Assembly: GCF_006345805.1 (NCBI RefSeq)
Contig: NC_043005.1
Coordinates: forward strand, 4,774,001-4,838,000
From: Octopus sinensis
Lineage: Eukaryota
DNA length: 64,000 nt
Reading direction: 5' to 3'
The notes beneath the pieces were generated by a model. That model saw only the letters and a program-made list of their open reading frames with translations, did no database searches and was not told the DNA's origin. Numbering within the stretch: the first letter of the stretch is position 1; the number at the start of each line of letters is the position of its first letter. Below, piece by piece: positions 56,341-64,000 of the stretch. A program made the position numbers and the translations under genes.

Positions 56341-56770
56341 AGTTCTATTTTTAAGAGATGAGGAATTTATTTACATTATTTATAATTGACGGATATATGT
56401 CCTTATCTTGTTTGTTATTAACACGTTTTGGTTGATATACCTTTCATCAGGTATTTTGGGGAAATTTCGAACCTGGGTTCTCATTCCTAAGGTATTTTTC
56501 GCTGTTGTTGTTATTATTATTATTATCATCATCATTCAGGTCACTGTCTGGAATCGAACTCGGAATCTTGGGGTTAGTAGCCAGCGCTCTTAACCACTAC
56601 GCCATAATAACAACATCGAAAAATACCCTAGGAATGAGAACCCAGGTTCAAAACTTCCCTAAGACACCTGATGAAGGCTGGAGGGTATATCAGCCGAAAC
56701 GTTGTGTTAACAACAAACAAGATGAGGACAAATATCTGTCAATTGTAAATAATGTAAATAATTTTGAAAT
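56341..56770 (-). mobile_element. tRNA-headed SINE-like element with Penelope-type hammerhead tail, plus inverted headless copy
   Basis: Minus-strand head ggcgtagtggttaagagcgctggctactaaccccaagattccgagttcgattcc (56603-56540), (AAT)n, body ending atagaactgt; plus-strand body copy from 56604. Same family at 33090-33585. Confidence 0.8.
56663..56708 (+). ncRNA. Minimal type I hammerhead ribozyme motif, core intact
   Basis: Stem I GACAC/GTGTT, CTGATGA plus extra A, stem II GGCTG/CAGCC, GAAA, palindromic AACGTT stem III, GUU cleavage triplet. Confidence 0.75.
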
Positions 56771-58611
56771 CTTGTTTGGGTTTCCCACTGTGGTGACAAG
56801 AGCCTTGGTTCCTGGGTCATAACCATAAATCCACTGTCTGTCACCTGTTATGACCATTTTCAAAAAGGTCATCTTTCTTAACTTGATCAAGGAGATCCTG
56901 CACAGCTGAAACCCGATCTTGCTTTTGAGGCGACCACACACTACACACCTTCCTTCCAAGCACTGCTGTAAACAACGGAAGTGAGGCAGAACATGATAAG
57001 TCCATGCATGGCAGAGTTTAATGTCAATTTGTGTCAAGTGGCTCCACTCTAAATACTATAGCTCTTCTACCGATAGCAACAGTCCCAATACTTTTAGACC
57101 AGGCCTCATGAATATATATATACAAGTAGAAAAATAATGGCAACAGAAGTGGCATTAATACCAAAAGGTAAAATCCCCCTTCAAAGTGGATGCTGTGTTA
57201 GAACACAAAATACTGTGTTGTTTACTATGAGAGAACCTCTTATATGGACTTGTGATGCATAAAAAGGCACTGGTGTCGCAAAGAATAATGGCAACAGAAG
57301 AAGTATTAATAGCAAAAGGTAATATTTATAGCAACTTCAAAAGTGCTGCCTAGCCACAGATGCCAAGGAAGGCCGAGATCAGGTGGCCTGGTTTCAGCAG
57401 CAGATCTCCCACCAGTGACAGAAACAGGAGTTCTTTTATGCACCACAAGTCCATAAGAGAGGTCGTCTCATGGTAAATGATCCAGCATTCTGTGTTCTAA
57501 CACAGCATCCACTATTAAGTGGGGATAAATATAAGGCTTCTTTCAGTTTCCAGCTACAAAAGGATTTGATTGGCCAGAGACTGTACAGGAGGCACATGCC
57601 CAAGGTGCCATGCAGTGGGGCTGAACCTAAAACCACACAGCCATGCCTCCGATTAAGTAAGAAAACTATGTATAACAGTGAAGGCTCAGGAGATGGTTAA
57701 CCCTTTGCATTCAGATTTCTCTTTCAAATGTAATGCTTATTTACTCTCATTGTTTTGAATTAATCCTGCATTTTTTAGTTGGTGCTTGGAATATAAATTA
57801 ACATGAAATGTTGAGAGATTCCAATTGAAATCGCTTTGAAACAGGAAGCCTTTATCCTGTACAGTGGTTGGTGTTAGGAAGGGCATCCAGCCATAGACAC
57901 CCATGCCAAATCAGACTGGAGTCTTGTGCAGCTCCCCAGCTCTGGTCAAACCATCCAACCCATATCAGCATGGACAACAAATGTTAAATGATGATGATGA
58001 TGGTGCGGAACCAGGGGCAAGCTTAGATGGGTTGGTATGAAAAGGATATCAAAATAAAAGAGTTACGTGAATATAAGAATAAAAACTGTACATAACAGAG
58101 ACAAGAGATGCTAAAGAAAATATAAAGACAGAGCTCCAGGCACAAGAATGGGTGTCCAGTTAAGAAGTTGGCTTCCCAACCACATGGTTTCAGGATCAAT
58201 CCCAATGCATGGTCACTTGGGAAAGTGTCTTCTATAAGCACAAGCTAACCAAAGCTTTGTGAGCAGATTTGATATATGGAAACTGAAAGAAGCCTATCAT
58301 ATATTGGTGTGAGTGTGTGTATGTGTGATATTATAAATGAGTGCCATTGTCATACAGGGTTATTCACTCCCAATGAAAGATGCTTAAAAGTGGGGAAATA
58401 TTACCTTACTTGGAAACAAGTGAGGGTTGGCAACAGGAAGGGTATCCCAGCCATAGAAAACCTGCCTCAATGAATTCTATCTGACCCACGCAAACATGGG
58501 AAGGTGAACATTAAAATCATGATGATGATGTTTTTTTTTAAATATATAAAAACAGTAGTAAAAAGAAAATTGAACTTTGAATTCAAGAATATATAATTTC
58601 TCATTCATATT

Positions 58612-58769
<158 letters not shown>

Positions 58770-60356
58770 AACTTCATTGAACAATGATAAATTACTAATA
58801 AATTCTTTTTAATAACAAGATATGAATCTGAAGAATGCTTTTAGAAATGATTGCTGCTAATTATGAGTGGAATTATAAAATAAAAAAGAGAGATATTAGA
58901 ATACAGGACATTCTTTGCTAATAATATAATCTATCACAAAGCTCTGACAGAAGTTCTCACATGGATGAGTCACAATCTATTTGTCTTTTTTTTTCCTTCT
59001 GTCTTTTTAAATCTTATGTGAATATAAAACAAAAAAAAAGATGTAAATCTATATATTTGGTCACACAACATAGGGTCACATATTTGCTGTCCAGTTTTGT
59101 TTTTATTTCTTTCTTTTTTAATACAGAATGGAAATTATGAATTTACAAGAAAAAAAAACACAACAGAAATTATCAAGTCAGGTGACCATTATTTCAGGTT
59201 TAGAATTGGCACCGTATAATTAATAAAAGGAAGTGAAAAATAATAAGATTTTTAGTTCAGAAAATTACTAATTACTTTCATGGAAACTGGTTATATTTGT
59301 GAAAAACTGCCAAATGGACTTAATAATGGAGAAAAGTGAAATTCTTATGTTGAAAATTAAGGAATTAAGGACAAAGAAACAGGGATGTGGGGAAGAGAGG
59401 GGGTGTCATTGAGGAGGTCACAATAGCAACAAAGTCATTCAGACAAATCTAGCTGACTGACTGAATAATTAGTCAAACACTTGATTAGCTAATTCATTAA
59501 ATAGTTAACTAATTGACTAATAATAAAAGAAGTAAAATCAAACCAGTGCATGTGTTTACTATTGGCATGAATGACTCTCCCAAAAATACACAAAAATTCA
59601 GGACAAAAAATTTGGGTTCAAATTTTGGCACAAGGCCAGCAATTTGGGGAGGAGGAGGAGGAGGCTAGTTGATTACACTGACCCCAGAACTCAACTGAAA
59701 CATTTTATTGACCTTGAAAAGATGAATGGCAAAATCAGCCTTTGCAGAATTTGAACTCAGACCACAATGATGAATGAAATGCCACTAAAGCATTTTGCCT
59801 GGTGCCCTAACAATTGTGCCAACTCACCATCTCAAGGACCAAATATTGAGAAATATGTAAATGAAGCATTCAGTTTTTATTTCCTCATTGTTTTTATGAG
59901 TTTGTGTGAAGAAAAGAGGAAATGCTATTTAGGATTTCCTAGACAGGGGCCAGTTAATGTCCATCCTGAAGTTTTGTAGTTGCGTGGATGAGAAGTTTAC
60001 TTCCAAACCATGTGGTTTTGGGTTCAGCCCCACTACGTGGCAACTTGAGCAAGTATCTTCTTAACACGAGGCCACCAAGAGCCTTGTTAGTCCATTTGGT
60101 AAATGAAAACTGAAAGAAGCTCATCATGCGTGTGTGTGTGTGTGTGTGTCTTTGCATTTCCCTTGCTTCCTGATGGAGGGGGTTGCTTCCAGTACTCAAT
60201 ACAAAACCTGTCCCAAGTCGTTTCCGGTTCCATAAACCAGATGTTTATCACCTCCCTTGTAAACAAGTAGGGGTTGATGACAAGAAAGGCATCTGACAGC
60301 AGAGAACTCTGCCCCACATATTCTCATTTAACCAATGCAAGCAAAAATGTTAAAAG

Positions 60357-60831
60357 TATTATGTTGAGAAAGATTTTGGTAACTTATTTGCTTTATGCAT
60401 CAAGTTACCACAAAATTAGTCTGGCATTCAAAGTATAGAAGCCATTGCGTTGCAGAGTCTGAAGCCACCTTTCTGCCAGTTCTTTGATCCAATGCTGATG
60501 CCAGTTCTTATCCTCTGAGGTGAAGAACTCCTTCAATGAAGCTTCCACTTCCTCTTCATTGATGAAGCGTCACGAGTGCAGGAAGCGGATTGGAATAAAT
60601 AATCATCGAAGGGAGATGTTTTGCCACAGTCCTAACCTGAATAAGCAGTGGTTAAGCAAGAGTCAGTTTCTGAAACCTGTCGCCAAACTTGGGTGTTTCA
60701 AATACAAGGTGATGCTCTGCATCTGGTGGAATGATGATGGAATCTGAATGCTGGGCTGCTTTTGCTTTAACTCCATGAATAAAGCAAACACGTTACCAAA
60801 ATATCGTAAAACTTTTAGCTCAACACAAATA
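60357..60831. mobile_element. Non-autonomous mariner derivative with long imperfect inverted ends
   Basis: Minus strand RFINEEEVEASLKEFFTSEDKNW..LAERWLQ..NG; plus strand KQW..KVMLCIWWNDDGI; both ends read inward as tgttgag..attttggtaac..tttgcttta. Confidence 0.75.
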
Positions 60832-63800
60832 TCAAAATGATGATGATGATGATGAAAGTGACATTTCATCACCATTGTTTTAACATTTACTAAGGAATGG
60901 TTCTGAAGAAAATGACTTGAGGTGTGACACAGAAGATAAACTGTTTAATACCAAACATCTGTATAAAAGCTATTTAGATTTGAATGTAAAATTCTATAAA
61001 AACCACCAAACATAAAGCTACCAAATAATTTTCATTACTCCACATCAATTTATAAATTGTCACAGACACAGTAGGGACAAGTGTGGTAGTGTGGTTAGGA
61101 AATTCATTTCATAATCATGTGGATTCAGGTTCAGTCCTACTGTGCAGCACCATGAGCAAGGGTCTACTGCTATAGCCCTGGGCTGACCAAAGCTTTGTGA
61201 GTGGATTTGGTAAGAAGAAACTGAAAGAAACCCATTACATACATGTGTGTATGGAATGGTGCATGGCTCATTAATCGTAAACAAGCATCACTGTCATACA
61301 AGCAGTGTCATTTGTTCGATGTTTAAACGAGGCTTTTGTTTACAAAGAGTACACAGTATGTCAAGAAATACGAAACACTAAGTATATAATCGCCTGGTGA
61401 TGTGATTTTTATGTTTGCTTTCCATGCTAGTATGGGTTGGATGGGTCATTGGACAAATCATCAGAATGCAAGTCAGTTATAAGAAGTCACCGCTCTCATA
61501 GACTGACATGTACAAGCACCAGTCTACAGTAGCCGTGGCTCCCAATAACAGATGGCTAGGTCTGTGAGGACTCATCCAACCCATGCCAGCATGAAAAGCA
61601 GACATAAAATGATGATGATAGTTAAGAAATAATCATCACCATCAATTTAATATCCATTTTTCCTTGTTTACGTGAGCCAGATGCACTTCCTGTTACCAAC
61701 CCTTACCTGTTTCCAAGAAAGTAAGATTTTCCACAGACAGACGTTTTTGCATGGAAAATTGGAAACTAACAATATTGTTTGTATAATGGTGATGTTTGTT
61801 CATTTACAATCCTCACAATGCCAAGACAAGGGTACACACAAACACACACATTCATATATTATGGGCTTCTTTCAGTTTCTGTCTAGCACATCCACTGACA
61901 AGGCTTTTGTCAGCCCCAGGACTATAATGCTGAGACTGAACCCAAGACCACATGATTGGGAAGCAAGCTTTTTAACCACACAGCTATGCCTGTATCTGCT
62001 TACGAACCCATTAGCATTTAAACCAGCCACATCCAGCCAAAATATTGTACCTGTTTTATGTTCCAAGGGGTCAGATCTGGCCTCTCACACCTACCCTACA
62101 ATGTCTTTCTAAAAGTAAGCAATCAAATCATCAAAATCTCACAGCTATGAATTAATGCAGGATTAATTCAAAACGACATAAATAAACGAGCATTATATTT
62201 GACCAAGTGATCTGAATGTTAGAGGGTTAAACACTGAACAATATTCCTTATCAAGGTTAGACTGTAGCAAGCAGCATTCACCTCAATAATAGCAGACAGA
62301 TATCAAAATAATGATTGCAAATGTGTGTATCTTACAAAAGGAAAAATGTATTGTTTCTATGTAAGCCAGGCATTGACAGTTGGCAGATAACGAATCAGTG
62401 ATTATGAATCACTGATTAGGAACAAATTGGCCTAAATATGGAATAACAGCAGAATGGAAACATTAACGCACGGTTGGAAATTTTGAACAAAGTTTTTAGT
62501 TCAGATGGGGGAAATGTTCTTTTAATTCGTTTCAGTCATTAGACTGTGGCCATGCTGGGACATTCCTTCAAAGAACTTTAGTCAAACAAATCAACCCCAG
62601 TACTACTTCTTTTTTTTTAAAGCCTGGTACATATTCTATTGGTCTCATTTGTCAAACAGCTAAGTTATAGGGACATAAACACACCAACAGCAGTTGTCAA
62701 GTGGTGGTGGAGGACAAATACAGATGCTAAAACACAAATGTATAAATATAACGGGCTTCATTCAGTTTCCGTCTACCAAATCCACTAACAAGGCTGCTAT
62801 AGAAGAAGGCACCTACCCAAGGTGCCACTCAGTCAGACTGAACCTGGAACCATGTGATTGGAAAGCAAGCTTCTTACCACTCAGCCATTCCTGCAACTGT
62901 TACAGAATTGCACTAATAACATTACCCCCCCCCCCCAGATTGCAATCAAGTTGATATATAGGCTCAAGAGGAACGCCTTACTCAACGCATATTAGGACTC
63001 TTGCCGTAATAAGCATACAAAAACCTATCTAGCTTTAATTGTACAGGTCTGTACAAGTCGACTTCAAGAACTTCAAGCGGAAATATTTGCAACTTTTATC
63101 TTTTTTTTCTTTTTTTTTTATATATATATATTTCTCATTTTTCAATGAGTATTTCCTCCAAGTTCTTTTCATGTAGAAAATCTAAACAGTAAACAGAAGC
63201 AATGTTGATAAAATCTCTACAGAGTATTTATTGATTCATGAGGGTTATATACAATCTATCAGGAACTGAATTTTTTTTTAAATTATAAAAATAAAAATAT
63301 AAAAAAAAAAACATAAAATACTATTCCAACTCCTCTTCAAGCAGTTTGACAGGAAACAAGTTGGAAAACAAAAAAGAGAAAAAGAAGAAAAAAACACCGT
63401 AAGAGGGTTGCTGCTTAATCTAAGGCAGAACAACACAGTTTCTGACTGGAAAATTATTTTTTATTTTATCATTATTCTTATTTTCTGGTTTAATTAATGG
63501 CTCACAGGAGTTGGCTTGCTGACAAATTATTCAATAAACCATAATGTTTAAACTCCTAACTGTACTAATAATATATTAAACATAACTATTCAAACTGGTA
63601 CAATGAACCTCGCAAGCAAACAATATTCAGCTGTGAAGTGGTATAACTTATACACACACCATAGCTAACTCGTAAAAACAAACCATTTTGTACCGTCACT
63701 ATAATTTGGGTGTTATATATTCCTAGTCTATTTCCCAGACTGTGAGAAAGAAAAAGAAAACTTATGGATGGGCTTGCCTCTTCCCCACATCATCAGGATG

Positions 63801-64000
63801 AAGTTTTTGATGTCTGTCTTCCATGGATTAGCTGGTTTCACAGGATCTAACAAGTCAGAACACTGCATCATGTCCCAATGTCTGCTTTGACATCACCTCC
63901 ACAGCTGTATGTCCTCCCTAACACTAATCTCTTTACAGAAAGTACTGAGTGATTTTCTTTCTTCTTTGATTCCCCTCGTAACACCAGCACTAGGGAGGTC

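Larger units (their letters stand above)
56133..57030 (-). mobile_element. Mariner remnant, interrupted and internally deleted at 56341-56770
   Basis: FLKMVITGDRQWIYGYDPGTK near 56800-56870; C-terminus RFQDVEEIQENAK..SFEGD* at 56340-56204; then a TIR-like end ..gtcctgatacttttagatcc. Confidence 0.8.

Overview
AT-rich, microsatellite- and SINE-dense animal genomic DNA, most likely an octopus (inferred from the repeat families, not proven). One protein-coding gene spans the window on the minus strand: a kinesin-13 (KIF2A/KIF2C-like microtubule depolymerase). I reconstructed 20 coding exons (54085 down to 2296) with GT-AG boundaries and consistent phases. They cover the N-terminal domain, RRKS neck, KVD loop, P-loop GQTGSGKT, switch I SSRSH, switch II DLAGNE, KEC helix and C-terminal MTEEVDYDV. 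The first and last coding exons were not found and probably lie outside the window. The introns hold tRNA-derived SINEs, RTE and Tx1/L1 LINE remnants, three mariner remnants, a Helitron composite, TTAA-flanked MITEs and minisatellites. Highlights not explained by the ORF track: (1) minimal type I hammerhead ribozyme motifs of the Penelope-associated kind in four different repeat families, one of which is a tRNA-headed SINE-like element present at two loci with an inverted headless copy; (2) a candidate 33-nt in-frame microexon that would split and regenerate the KEC motif; (3) a candidate 14-nt poison microexon in the loop of a 33-bp intronic hairpin. All calls were made by eye, with no database or folding software.
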